NCBI GenBank assembly: GCA_973895155.1
Contig: OZ316894.1
Coordinates: 3,806,944 to 3,870,943 of the forward strand
Length of the DNA: 64,000 bases
Direction of reading: 5' to 3'
Source of the DNA: Marsupella aquatica
Lineage: Eukaryota > Plantae > Marchantiophyta
Part shown: in pieces, positions 12,717 through 24,569 of the stretch
Position numbering within the stretch: the stretch's first letter is position 1
Layout: each line of letters begins with the position of its first letter
Notes under the pieces: model-generated
Database searches by the model: none
What the model was told of the DNA's origin: nothing
The model's input: the letters and a program-made list of their open reading frames with translations, nothing else
Translations under genes and position numbers: made by a program

Positions 12717-15437
12717 CTAACCCCTGGAACCTAAGCCTCTCGAAGAAGTCTCGTGTCTTCTCACAAACTCCAAAAACCTGAGGGTCTTGGTCTTGATCGT
12801 GCCCGGGCCAGACGCGTTGCACAAATTTAATATCGTCTTCTCCACCCCAAGCCTCTCCGCCTCTTTGATCAGCGCGGGATTCCTCATGAGCACCGCAAGG
12901 AGGATCGTCAACGCATTCTCAGTGTTGCGGAGTGTGCCGGAGCGTAGAATCTGAGCGAGCTTCGGCAGAATTGTGCTTTCCTCCTGGATGGCATCGCGGC
13001 CCTCGACGTGGCTCGAGAGGACGGCCAGCATGGCCAGCACCAAATCCAGAAGGGACTCGTCGTCAAGCAGGGCAACTAGGTGTGGAACAACGCCTGCTCT
13101 CACTGCTCGCGCCTTGTTCCCGGTGTAGATCGAGAGAGTTAGGAGACAAGTTGCGGTGTCGTTCTGGGCTTTTTTGGAGCGAGGGTCTCTTCCGCTGAGG
13201 ATGTCAACAAGGGCCGGGATGGCATCCGATGCCCCGATAGACACCTGATCGAGAAGAATACTACCAATCCATTAGTACAAGAACAGAGATACGGATGTTG
13301 AAGGAAATTGTGGTGTGGGTTTGGTGGGCATTGATAGGAAGCACTGACCTTGTTTTCGTCCGGTAGGGAGAGGCTGAACAGTGTCGAGGCTGCCTGCTCT
13401 CTGGCGGTCTCGCTGCCGTTCCTGAGCAGGCCAACGACGGCCGGAATGACAGCCGACCTCTGGTGCGCCATGAGAGCTTTGTTCTCGTCGTCGAGAGACA
13501 AAAGCAGGAGAGTCGCAATGCCTGGGCATGGCAAGCAAATTGTGAGTAGGGGGAAATTCCGAGGCAGCAGATTCTGTAAGAAGCAATCTATTTTGTCAAG
13601 GAAAAGTAAAGTTCTAAAGATTCGAAGGCCTTTGTTCACAAAACTAGGATATCATACTGGTCATGTTGACGTTGTCAAGGACAAAGTAGTAGTGTTCCAA
13701 CGGGTGCATCTGCAATCTCATCGTCTGAGAATTGTGCATCGAAAAGCAATCACTATCTCATTTTTCTGGAATTTCCGTGGAAATCGGAATTATGAGCCAG
13801 CAGGAATTCCGTGGGAGCAGAAGAATCCGTAAATCAAATCGATTTGTGTGCCAAGGTAACATTCGAAATCGCCCAAAAATCTATGAAATCAGTAATTAAA
13901 ACGAAGCGTTCGATTTCCTACCGGCCTCCTGCGTCGATACAGTGTGCTCGGGCGAGAGGAGGCTGGCAAGCGCATCCAGCGCCCCCACGATAACGATCGC
14001 GTCTCGCAGAGATTGGCAGCCATACGCCATAGAATGCAGCTGCAACGCTGCTTCCCTCAGGTCCGGCTCCGAGGTTTTTCTGGACGTGAGGATCTCCATC
14101 AAGGTTTGCACCAGCGCAATCTCTTCGTCTGTGGCCGGCCTTTGGTCGTTTCTTGAAGGAAACCCATCGTCGTCCTCATTTTCGGGATCGTTCGTTGCAT
14201 CGTTGTCGTTCGGAGGATGGGCGGGTATGGCGTTCATCAAATCACCATTAGCAGCACTGCGGCCCTGATCTCCGCCGTTGTCGAGAGTGCCACTCTTACC
14301 CAAGCTAGACCGGACGGGATCGCCTGTGGAGCCAACATCGGGCCCATGGCCGATATTGTTGACTTTCGACCACTCCGATAGACTACGATTGTGATCTGAG
14401 GAAGGAGGTAGATCTACTTCCCGAGAAGCGACTATCCCGTTGTCGAATGATGGCTTGTCCTCCTTCGGCTTCGGATGCCCTACCTGCACCTCCGCCTCTG
14501 GCTGCAGCTTTCCATGCGCTTGCTGCTGCTCCTGTACCTCCTCCTTCAACTTCTTCTGCTCGGTCTCTTTTGACGGGAGCTCCACGTTTTTCTCGTACCA
14601 GTTTGAGATCCTGGCCTTCAGTTTGTAATTGGGCCTGAGATAAGTGTTCTTTAGCCGATATTTTGATACAGGACATGTTAGTTTGCCCTCATCGATCCTT
14701 TTCTGAATGTACTCCCGCTCGTAAGTCTGCCAAACGAGAGACTTGAGTGAGATTGATCATCTGTTGCTTGGTTGCGCAGCAGTGTGGCTGAACGATAAAT
14801 TGAAGCCGGTATTGAAAGAAACGCATGAGATAATAACAACTGTACGTAAATATAGTAAATTCCACAGTGGGTGATCAAGAATTTTGCCCTGTTCTATCCA
14901 CCACAAATGTTCTGGTCCCAAAAAACTGATTTCCGGGAAGATAACTCAAAAATTTCTGCCCATCCCGGTTCGACCTTTCAGAGCTTCCCCATACTTGGAA
15001 ATTATTAGCATGTATGAAATTTGTTGGACGATGGTTGATTTCTGACGCTGTATTGCTTAGCAATCTACTATGAATACTAAATTAGCGTGACAAAGTTTAC
15101 TCTGAAAGTATCATGATCATCACCTTGACAACGTTGCAAATTAATATTATGCAATTTTCTTTAGGCTGGACAGCATCTAGCCGTCCCACTCCATCAAATC
15201 AAAGCTTTGGCATCCATTTAAGAGAGCATGTTAATACTGGCTGTCTTGGGTTTAGAATGAGCATACCACGTCTGTCGATACAGTGACGGGATCTTTCATG
15301 ATTTCGTGCGATAGGAAGCACACGAACTCTTTAGGAACGGCTGGAACTGTCTTGCTTGCAGCTGCATTTTCTGGTCGTTCAGGTCCCTGCGACAGGTAAT
15401 GCGCAATCATGAGTCGATCGGAATATGGGGATTGCAT
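12717..15437 (-). CDS. PUB: Plant U-box/ARM-repeat protein (~558 aa, 4 exons)
   Basis: Exons 15437-15267, 14726-13922, 13521-13349 and 13244-12717, all GT-AG and phase-compatible. U-box VPKEFVCFLSHEIMKDPVTVSTDV|TYEREYIQKRIDEGKLTCPVS..LRPNYKLKARISNW; ARM repeats AREQAASTLFSLSLPDENK, IGASDAIPALVDIL, GNKARAVRAGVVPHL. Confidence 0.92.
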
Positions 15438-15836
15438 TGATGTGTTTGAACAAAGGCATCACAACTGTGGGACTGAGTGTCAGAAAGTTTCCGGATTCTG
15501 GATAACTACAGTAGTACAACATATGCACTCAATCTAGAAGCAACAAGATGATGGTTCTGGAGAATATAGCATTGCTCTTGGAACTGCATCTCCACTCTCC
15601 CCCTGTTTGTGCGGACGTCGAGTTCTTCCGGATACCGGTTCTCTCCGATCATGTATGCCTCTAGGGATTCAAAAATAGCTGGAGAAGCCTAACAGATACA
15701 AGGTATTTATGCTTTGAAAAGGAAACAGGGTCCATATTATGGGAAACACATAATTGAGCTTCAGAGCACTTGAGGCTCCTCTCCGACTAGATATCAGCTA
15801 GGATCGAGCTCAAAACGAGACTAAATGGTGGAATGC

Positions 15837-17060
15837 TCAGAGGCTGGTGAATCGTACCTTGATGTCTTTCGGGGATTTACTACCTCTTCCATTGCGCAGG
15901 GGTTTTTGAGGTGGCTTGGACCCACGGTTAGAATCGTCGCCATTGGACCCAGGAGGTGTGCTGCTGTCTGACGTCGGACTATTTGTCCTTGGGTCCTTCG
16001 CTCCTAGTTCTATGTCCGGGATCTCCACGATCTCTGCGTGCTGGTGCGGTTCCTTTTCCCCATTTCTATCACCATTCTGGAGGGGAACATCGATCCTGAT
16101 AGTACCTTTCCCTAAATCCTCTCCCCCTTCACCACCTGGAGTAATCAAATCCTCGACCATTAGTCTGGCCTGGTGATCTTCAGTCAGGGTTCGCACTAGC
16201 CTGGCCACCTTCTCCCGGCTGGCCACGAGTTTGCCAGAGCTTACCAACATCACCAAAGCTTGGGGGGTGTTGTTCTGGACCAGGACATCGTGACCCACGT
16301 CATATGTTGCCAATACCGCCATGAGCTCCAGGATTCCGTCGATGTCACACACTGGAGGAGGGGCATGCACGAGAGTACGCAGAATGATGCTCGGTAAACC
16401 TCCTTTTATGGCTCTGGCTTTATGCCCATCTTGATACTTGAGGAGACCGATCAGGCTTGAGATGGCCTCTTTTTGAAAACTGAGCCCCGCCTTGAACCGT
16501 AGCATTTCGATGAGCGCTTCTAGGCCACCAGACGATGCCATTGTGTCTTTCAGCCTGTCAATGTTTGTCAGCTTGATGAGGAGCTTCGCTGCAGTCTCGT
16601 AAGCCTTCGGACCTGGCCCTGCTCTCAGGAAGTTGTAGATCACTCCCAGAGTCGTCCTCTTATTGAACTTGTCTCCAGAAACCGCAGCTCTTGTGTCCGG
16701 ATGTCTCGATCGTTGCCTATAGTCATCCTCTTCGTCTGCAGCGAGACGGAATAGAAGAGTCATCATATGCTCTCTGATGTGGACATCAGGGGAGGATTGT
16801 CGATCAACGAGCAATGATGTGGCATCAATTTCCCGAAGGCGATCCCTAGAGGCTCTCCTCAATGTGGCGAGCGCCTCAGCTGCTTGTCGCTGCTTCCCGA
16901 TGTCTCCATTGGACAGCAAATCGACAAGCAAATCTATGGTCTCTTCGAGACTATTGTGATCTTGGGCTGCAGTAGACGAAGTGAGATCTTGACTACTGAT
17001 GCTTTTTAATGTAAATTGGTTTCTAGATCCTCCTCCTTCTGGAAAAGTTTCCAGAGCCAT
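15837..17060 (-). CDS. Intronless ARM-repeat protein without U-box (PUB-like ARM array)
   Basis: Single ORF open to 17159; likely ATG at 17060 (MALETF). ARM-like segments LLVDLLSNGDIGKQRQAAEALATL, MASSGGLEALIEML, HKARAIKGGLPSII; disordered C-terminal tail. Confidence 0.8.
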   Translation of the reverse strand: MALETFPEGGGSRNQFTLKSISSQDLTSSTAAQDHNSLEETIDLLVDLLSNGDIGKQRQAAEALATLRRASRDRLREIDATSLLVDRQSSPDVHIREHMMTLLFRLAADEEDDYRQRSRHPDTRAAVSGDKFNKRTTLGVIYNFLRAGPGPKAYETAAKLLIKLTNIDRLKDTMASSGGLEALIEMLRFKAGLSFQKEAISSLIGLLKYQDGHKARAIKGGLPSIILRTLVHAPPPVCDIDGILELMAVLATYDVGHDVLVQNNTPQALVMLVSSGKLVASREKVARLVRTLTEDHQARLMVEDLITPGGEGGEDLGKGTIRIDVPLQNGDRNGEKEPHQHAEIVEIPDIELGAKDPRTNSPTSDSSTPPGSNGDDSNRGSKPPQKPLRNGRGSKSPKDIKVRFTSL

Positions 17061-17854
17061 TGTCTCGCCGAGCGGTGGGCTGATATTTGCCTGAAGATGC
17101 TCCTTTCTTAAGAAACGCAATTCGGTCAAAGAGCACCACCAATGTTTGGTGTCATTCACACTATGCTGTCAAATCCAAGAATATTGATCTTCGGCATGGG
17201 GTTGGCTCCATTTCCATTCGTTATCGCTGATCCACAAGCGCTAAAATCCTCACAGGTGTACTGATTCGTGCTGCCTGTTAAGAGAACAGGAATCATGGTG
17301 AATCCGTGCAAGCGTGTCTGATTGAAGATTAGTCTCTCCAGGAAACAAAATCTAATGACAGAATGAGTAGTCAGACATTGAAGTTTACGCTGACGGAATT
17401 CGAAATTAGTAATGTTGAATGAGGCTGAGGCTCTTGGTCTGTAGTCCAATATTGATGCAACAGATTGTTTCAAAGTTCCGGCAATCCAAGCAATTGTAAA
17501 GCTTAATAATCTAGTTGATGAGTCTATTCCGTATGACGGTGTCAGTGGAAGTTTTGTGTTCGATCCTTCGCTACCCATTTTAGGCAGCTTTGCTTAACTT
17601 CTTGTAAATTGCTTCTACAAACGATGTAGAGAGGAGATTCACGGCTATTCAAATCTACAAGTCTAGGACATTCAAATTAGCATATATAAACTAGACTGCA
17701 GACATGTACCTTTAATGGTGGACGGAGCTCAATCATTTGAAATGACCTCTGCTCCCGAAAGTGAACAAACATGTGTGCATCGTAGAATTATTGTACTCTC
17801 GTTCTGGAATATTATGAGACTGTAGGTACACAAAGCCTAGTATGATCAAATGAG

Positions 17855-18449
17855 GATCGATGGAACAGTTACCAACCTCGGGGCTACGATGAGGCAGCCG
17901 TAACTTTGATGCACAAATTCAGAATAAGATCCATCCTGAACATTCCACTGGCGACGTCAATATTCTACTACTTTGCTGATATCGAATTGGGTTTGCTTCC
18001 CTCTGTCGCAGCTCCACAGCTTGGTTTTCATGGATTCACGGGCAATGAAAGTTCACCACCAAAAGGTTTGGACAATGACTGCGAGGTTACTCTAAAACGG
18101 AAGATTATCTTGCGTGATCCCTTCCACAGTCCAGGCACGAACATTTTGGTGATATGCGACAGATACAGGCCTGATCGATAAGAGGGCGGAGGTGGTTAAA
18201 ATCTTCGAGCTCAACGAAGCTGTTGGTAGTGAAAGAGGAGCCTTGGTACACCTTGATGCAACTTACAAATAGGAAGTGGCTGCAGCCTGGGCGGTGCTTT
18301 CGTTGAATCCAAACCTAGCCCATTGATTGACTCGGGCGTTTGGAATGGAGCGGGGTGTCATACGAATTATAGCACGCAGAGCACGCGAGCGGATGGAGGA
18401 TACGAGGCCTTCAAGGCGGCCATCCAGAAGCTTGAGGTTGCTGGGCACG
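17855..18449 (+). pseudogene. GLN: Glutamine synthetase (GSII-type) pseudogene with frameshifts and an internal deletion
   Basis: Colinear fragments in shifting frames: IDGTVTNL (17856), DCEVTLKRKIILRDPFHSPGTNILVICDRY (~18076-18166; cf. [29 protein letters not shown]), DKRAEVVKIF, KEEPWY and WNGAGCHTNYSTQSTRADGGYEAFKAAIQKL (from 18341; GS signature), then a GTAAGT donor at 18450. Confidence 0.88.
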
Positions 18450-19980
18450 GTAAGTCTGAGGAGTAAGCCAAAGTATGGGTATCATAAGCTAGGTATTTTA
18501 ATTTTTTTTCAAACGGATTTACTAAAATTGTACTCCTCTGAGCTCAAGTCTGGACAAGGAATTGTAAAAGGATTCCTCTAAATTCGATGCCTTGGCTGCC
18601 AATTGAACAGCTTACTGCCCGTCATCAGGAGCCTAGTGAACTTCACCTTAATTAGGCACTGTTCACATACCATTTCAAACACTTTAAAAATGTCGTATTC
18701 GTTGTCACTTGAGTAACAAATTTGACTCAAGAATAGGAGAGCTTGGGACTCAATTCGAGGTGCTGTACAATTTTAGTAAATCCCTTTGAGAAAGAGTTTA
18801 ATTACAGTATAATATTCACACATTTTGGCATCGGGCCTCATGTTATCTTCTCATATGTCGTCCCCACTTTTTTGAGTTGCGACAGCACTCATGTCTCATG
18901 GGCTATGACAAGCATTCTTGACGTGTCCACTTTTCTTCTAGCTAAGACATTCAAAGCTGACTCGCAGTTTATCTTCATCACAGCATGAGTGGAATCACTT
19001 CGTTCGGGAGGAATGATCCTATCCTGACGACCTCTCGAGGGTTATCGCAAGCCGTGTGTTCTGCCTGCCACACCTGTGAAGCTGTTGTTTGTCACACCTT
19101 CAAACATTCCACGACAAACGGCCTAGGTAACCCCGGCGTTTACGACACAAGAGCGATTCCCGATCATCAGCACTGCGGCTCGATCGACCGGCCCACCAAA
19201 ACTAAACGCAACGCTGCGAATGAAAACCTATCGAAACAGACAATTAAAGCAATGCTAACATGCACACCACTCGATAAGAAAGAGATATTAAGACTTCATC
19301 ACGAACAATATAAGACAGACCGATCATGGAGACAAGAAAAGAAAGACCCGACACTAAGGATATACCGAAGAATCTGCCGCAGAATCTCTCGAAGAGTCTG
19401 CATGCACCACAATACAATCCAAAAATCCATCAAAGGGAATAGTTGAAAGGGGGCGTTGGTAACATGTACTGACCCGGACTATGTCATCTACGGATGAACT
19501 GAGGTAATAGATTACATTTTCAATAGCCCATTCGACTCTTGATGGAAAGGCGGTTCGATAGCAAGCATTTAGAAGGGGTGCAGTTGATGGAAACACCTGT
19601 GAGGTTGTGCTGTATTTTCAATTCTAATCTTGTAGTCGGGCGAGAATCTCAAAGCTGGGTTCCAAAATTGTCAGCAGGTGCCGTCATTCGTACCAAGTCT
19701 CCAATCTAAAAGGTGGCAAACTCCTCATCGAGACGGTGAGAATCCTGGATTTCGCGAATTCTACCAATCTACCATTAAATTGACTCATCCCTCTCGGCCA
19801 TTCGTTCTCTGCGAGGCCAGTTTTCTCCGAGCACATTCAACCACGTTCCAATTCTATGAGATGCTTTGTGAAAAGTGAGAAGAAGTACTTGTGTACTTCC
19901 GTGTCCGTATCAATCTCGTCACACTGTTTCCTTAGTGCCTAATTTCGCCAAAAATCCAAGCCTTAAATTGCCATGTACTA

Positions 19981-20125
19981 ATTTTTTACTTTTTAAAGGG
20001 AAAATCTCTGAAACCCCACACAGACCCCCCACACAAAGGGAAGAGTAGGCCACAATAGCTTAACCTAAAACCTATCAATCTCTATTCACCAAGACCTATC
20101 CATCTCTACTCACTTGCCTATCTAG
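19981..20125 (-). mobile_element. SINE-like insertion, degenerate
   Basis: 11-bp TSD GCCATGTACTA at 19970-19980 and 20126-20136; A-rich tail on minus strand; shares GGG(G/A)AA..TGAAACCCCAC..AAAGGGA with the SINE at 29959. Confidence 0.7.
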
Positions 20126-20323
20126 GCCATGTACTAGTTCCTAATGTGCTTCTTCCATGTTTTGAGAAGTCAGGACTACCCAGCTTGGGGCAGGAAGTGT
20201 GGTCTCGCCTGTCTTATGGACAGATGCATGCATCTAGATGGTATGATCTTCTAAACACTATAATAATGCTCCATCCCCCTCTCTTTTTATAGAGATATAC
20301 CTAATGGACCCCCAATAGTAATT

Positions 20324-20490
20324 TTTCTATTTCAAAGACCAAAAGATGAAGACTCTCTTCCATGGACTTTTCCGCGGAATGTTTCTATTTAAAAGACCAA
20401 AAAATGAAGACTCTCTCCCATGGACTTTTGGGTGTAATGTTTCTATTTAAAAGACCAAAAGATGAAGACTCTCTCCCATGGACTTTTGGG
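20324..20490. repeat. 58-bp tandem repeat x3
   Basis: TTTCTATTT(A/C)AAAGACCAAAA(G/A)ATGAAGACTCTCT(C/T)CCATGGACTTTT starting at 20324, 20382 and 20440. Confidence 0.95.
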
Positions 20491-21689
20491 CCCACCAGAG
20501 GTACCATTTAGTGTGAGATGTTCTTCGAACACCGTGTACAGTCCTCATAATGCAAGATTGTCATTGAAAACCGCAGCATGTTCTACTGTTTGTCAGTGCC
20601 CGATTGCGATGCCGAATACGATTGACTACGATTGCAGTTCTAAGACGTGAATCAATGTATTCATTTGACATTGTAGTCGTTGCAGTACTCTTATCCTTGG
20701 CACAACAATGCTCATGGTTGCACAATAAAATCTAGGTGATCAAGGCAAATAAGTGCAAGGCAAGGAATGTTGGGCATTTACTCTAACTTGGGTCTGGAGT
20801 ATTTCAGTAACAATTCTTACTCTAATTATAGTTAAGCACTTGAGTAGGTTAATCGATACAGTATTACATTCACTAGAAGGAGCTAACTTGTGAGCATAAC
20901 TTAGGCTCATTGTTACAAGATTATCTAAAAAATATAGGGAACTTAGTCTGTGGAGACTCAACCATGGCTAGTGGGCCTAGCATTCACTAACGCTCTCTTG
21001 TATTTTTTGTGGACATAACCTCTGGAGAGATGACCAAATATTTCTTGTGTCAATTAGTTGCTTGTTAGATGTCTGGATCACATTATCTGATTGTTATCTT
21101 TGAGCGGTTCTTGCTCAACAGGGAAGTGTTGTTGATCCATTTGAGCCATCTTGGTAAGATCATGTTGTGGTTGAGGAAGTATTCATTTGTAGTTTTGGTT
21201 AAGTAGTTGTTCTGCAAAATATTATCACTTTGGTTGATATTAATGTTGCAAATTGAAAGTGACATTATGGGGGACAGGTGTTGCGAGGTCCAGGCACAAC
21301 TGTGTGGTCCTATGTGAAGGGGAGAACATTTCTTTCATTCATTTGGTCTCTCATTCACCCCTTCTTCTTCTCCTTCTTCTTCTTCTTTCCCTCCTTCACT
21401 CCCTGCCTTCTTTCTTCCTTCCAATACAATTAAGAAAAGAGAAGAGAGAATAGTTAGAAAAACAAAATTGGTCCAAAAATATTAATATGTTTGCTCTGCA
21501 CAGCCAAAACCCAAAACCCACTCATGTCACTGTATTCCCAGGTACCCAGAAAGTTGTAGGGACACATTATATCTAGGATATGTACCATGTATCTCACTCT
21601 AGAAGCAAGTATATCCCTTTGGGCAATCCAATCTGAGTGATAAACCCAAAGTCAACCTACCCTGAAAAACATTTGAATTTTGGCTCTCT

Positions 21690-21900
21690 CCTTTTTCAAG
21701 TTTTTAATTAAATAGATGATGGGAGGGATTTTGACCTTCAGATCCAATATTATAGAGAGCAGTTTATGTGCCTCCTTTTTCAAGTTTATAAATAGAAGAT
21801 GGGAGGGATTTTGGCCTGATCCCTTATTATAGAAGGTGGTTGACGTGCCTCCTTTTTCAAGTTTGGAAATAGAAGATGGGAGGGATTTTGGCCTAATCTC
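21690..21900. repeat. ~80-bp tandem repeat x3 containing a Helitron-like 5'-end motif
   Basis: CTTTTTCAAGTTT..AAATAGA(T/A)GATGGGAGGGATTTTG at ~21691, 21775 and 21852; GATCCCTTATTATAG at 21818 also occurs at 22208 and 44751. Confidence 0.8.
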
Positions 21901-22322
21901 AGGGGCCTCAATCCAAGGAGTGTCCCATATCACAAGCAAAGTTGTGGCGGAATAAACACCCTAAAGCTTAAGTCAATAAAGTTTTTTTAGGAATGTTTTT
22001 ATCCCTAATTTAATGGGATATTCTTGGAATATTCCCAATTTTGGTTTTAAAAAACACTCTGATTCTTATAATTCTCAAAAGTTGATTAAAACAACCCTAA
22101 TGTTCTTCAACAAAAATTTAAAAGTATTTAATTAAATCCAATAAAAAAAACCATATACTTATTTGTGCATGATGGGCTGGAAGGAAAGAAGTGAGGACCA
22201 GGGGCCTGATCCCTTATTATAGTAGTTGATGTGCAGGTACTATATATTGTATAGATAAATAATTAACAAACCTGATTTATATGGATGGGGCATCTTACCT
22301 GGGAGCCTGAGAGGTTTGCGTA

Positions 22323-22780
22323 TGTCGTGCGCATACACATCGCTACACAACATACATTGTTTGTCACACACATCCAAACATATCCACAATGCAACATCAC
22401 AAACACAAGAGAACATAATTATACAAGTGGAACTCATGTCTACACATGTCCAAAACCCACAATAATCTTCACAACAATCGGCACAACAATCCCGGTCAAC
22501 AATACCCCATCGATCCCGCACCGATCCGATCACACACGTATGTCAAGCCAACGCACCTTGCACTACTCAAGGAATCCACGTTGCACAAGCGGAGCTGACA
22601 GCCACCATAGCCACACTCGAGCTCCTCTCTCTCTCTCCAAGGCTCAACATCGAAAGATGACCTTTCGATGCCTCACAAGGGAGAACTACTCTCCCACACA
22701 AACCTAATGGAACTCTATCGGCTCCAATAGCACACATAAAAAACGTACATACTCAACTAGCACTATATACTACAACAACA
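22323..22780 (-). mobile_element. Probable solo LTR (~455 bp)
   Basis: Bounded by TGTCGTG and TACAACA(ACA); strong strand skew; (CT)n tract; internal hairpins CATCGAAAG/CTTTCGATG and GGGAGA/TCTCCC. No clean TSD. Confidence 0.45.
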
Positions 22781-24569
22781 TCTAGAATGGTGTGACACGT
22801 AGAAAGGAAGGAGGGAAATTCAGAATTCTTGAGAATATTTTTGATCACTCCTTTTTTGAAAGTGAAGAACCACAACGTTGGACAAGCACAACCCACATGG
22901 ATTGCACTGAGAGGCTATTATTTTCTAGGATAGCACACAATATTTTTCTGTCCATATAGTGACCTGTAAAGCTATGTGCGCCGGCCACAGCCAGTCCTAT
23001 GTTCATATTCGCCAGTAGTCCATCCACAACTCTACTGGGTTCTGCTGTTCACTTATCTGACTCAATCCGCTGAATGGTTTGCAAGGTTTCTTTGCTAGCC
23101 TTGGATGAGTGTTAGACAGCCTCTTCAATCAAGATTACTCAGAGTGGGACTCAGAGATGAAATAACACATACGCTTTTAAATTGGAATTGAAGGTCAAAT
23201 GTTCTTGATTAGAGGGCTGGGGAAGCTTCTAGCTTCATCTGGATCTATTCTCCTAGCGAGCAGAGAATTGTGTGTAACTCTCTGACTTATGCTAAGAAAA
23301 CTATCTAATAATGTCTTATATAGAGAATATGGTACTCAACTCCACGTAGCTACGATCCTTATAATTATGCAATTGATATTGGAAAGAATGGAGCTCAAGT
23401 CAGAGAGATTGACTCAAATTGAGCCTTGACAGCATACTGTAAATTAACTCTTCACAGTCACACTTCATGCAAAACTTTATGTGCCAACAACTTACCTTGC
23501 CAACAACACTTCCTCAACTAATTATGTGAACAAGGTTGCAATATATGAAAAATCATGCAGTGCTCAGACATTGGGCTAGTAATTCAAACATCAAGTTATT
23601 TAGAATCCATTGCCTCAATGATAATTGTCTGAGCTTTCAAGTAATGTTGCAAACAAATTAAATCAAACATATCAATGATTGAGGTCGACTATACCTAATC
23701 TGGATGAGAGTCCCTCCCATCACATTTCAAAGCCCTCACTCTTTAGATTGGTCTTGATTGTGGACCCACACCATTTTGAGTAGGTGGATATATATTCTTC
23801 GTTGCACGTGGAACGTTAGGGTCTTTTAAATCCAATTTGGAGTCTGGTAAGAACATTAGGGTCCCTTTTTCAATCAATTTTTTAGAATATTTCAAGAATA
23901 TTCCAACTTTATAGGGTTCAAAAAATTTATAAAAAATTGCATTTAGGGGGTGCGCGCAGGGCTTAAAAATGTCGCAGGTGATGGGGGGCCTCTATGTAGT
24001 GAGACTCCTAAGGTGCGAATGCCTAGACCACCCCTATCACAAGAATGGGCAGCTCTAAAAACTACCAATCATTTTGTTGACCTGTAATTGTGCAGATGAT
24101 GAATTATGTGATGACATGTGGCACATTTATATGGATACCCACTTACTTTCTCACAACCTCTACCTACTTGTCTAATAAAATGAACAGAAAGGCCCTTAAT
24201 TTGTTCTCACATGAATGATGTCAAAAGCATTGAAAGTACCCTTCATCCTCAAGGGATAGCTAGTTATCCCTTTGCGGTGGCTTGAAAGTCCATCTTTCAA
24301 TGTGAGAGCCTTTTGAGCACATACTTTGGCAACTATAGTGTGGCTAGCCAGGGCTAGGTTATGTGTATAATGTGGATTCCTTGAAGTGCAATGTGCATTT
24401 GGCTTGACATATGAATGTGATTATATTTGACAGAATTGAGTGTGCGTCATTGGTTACTAATTGTGAGAAGATTGTGATAAAATTATTGTGGATTTTGTGA
24501 GATAAGGATGTTTATGAAAGAAGGGTTAACTAACCGTAAATTTTAGAATTTTTAAGTTTAAGATCTCTA

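Noticed and set aside
20324-20490. CRISPR-like repeat/spacer appearance
   Set aside because: Only three units, junctions of ~10 bp, no cas genes, and a plant nuclear context.
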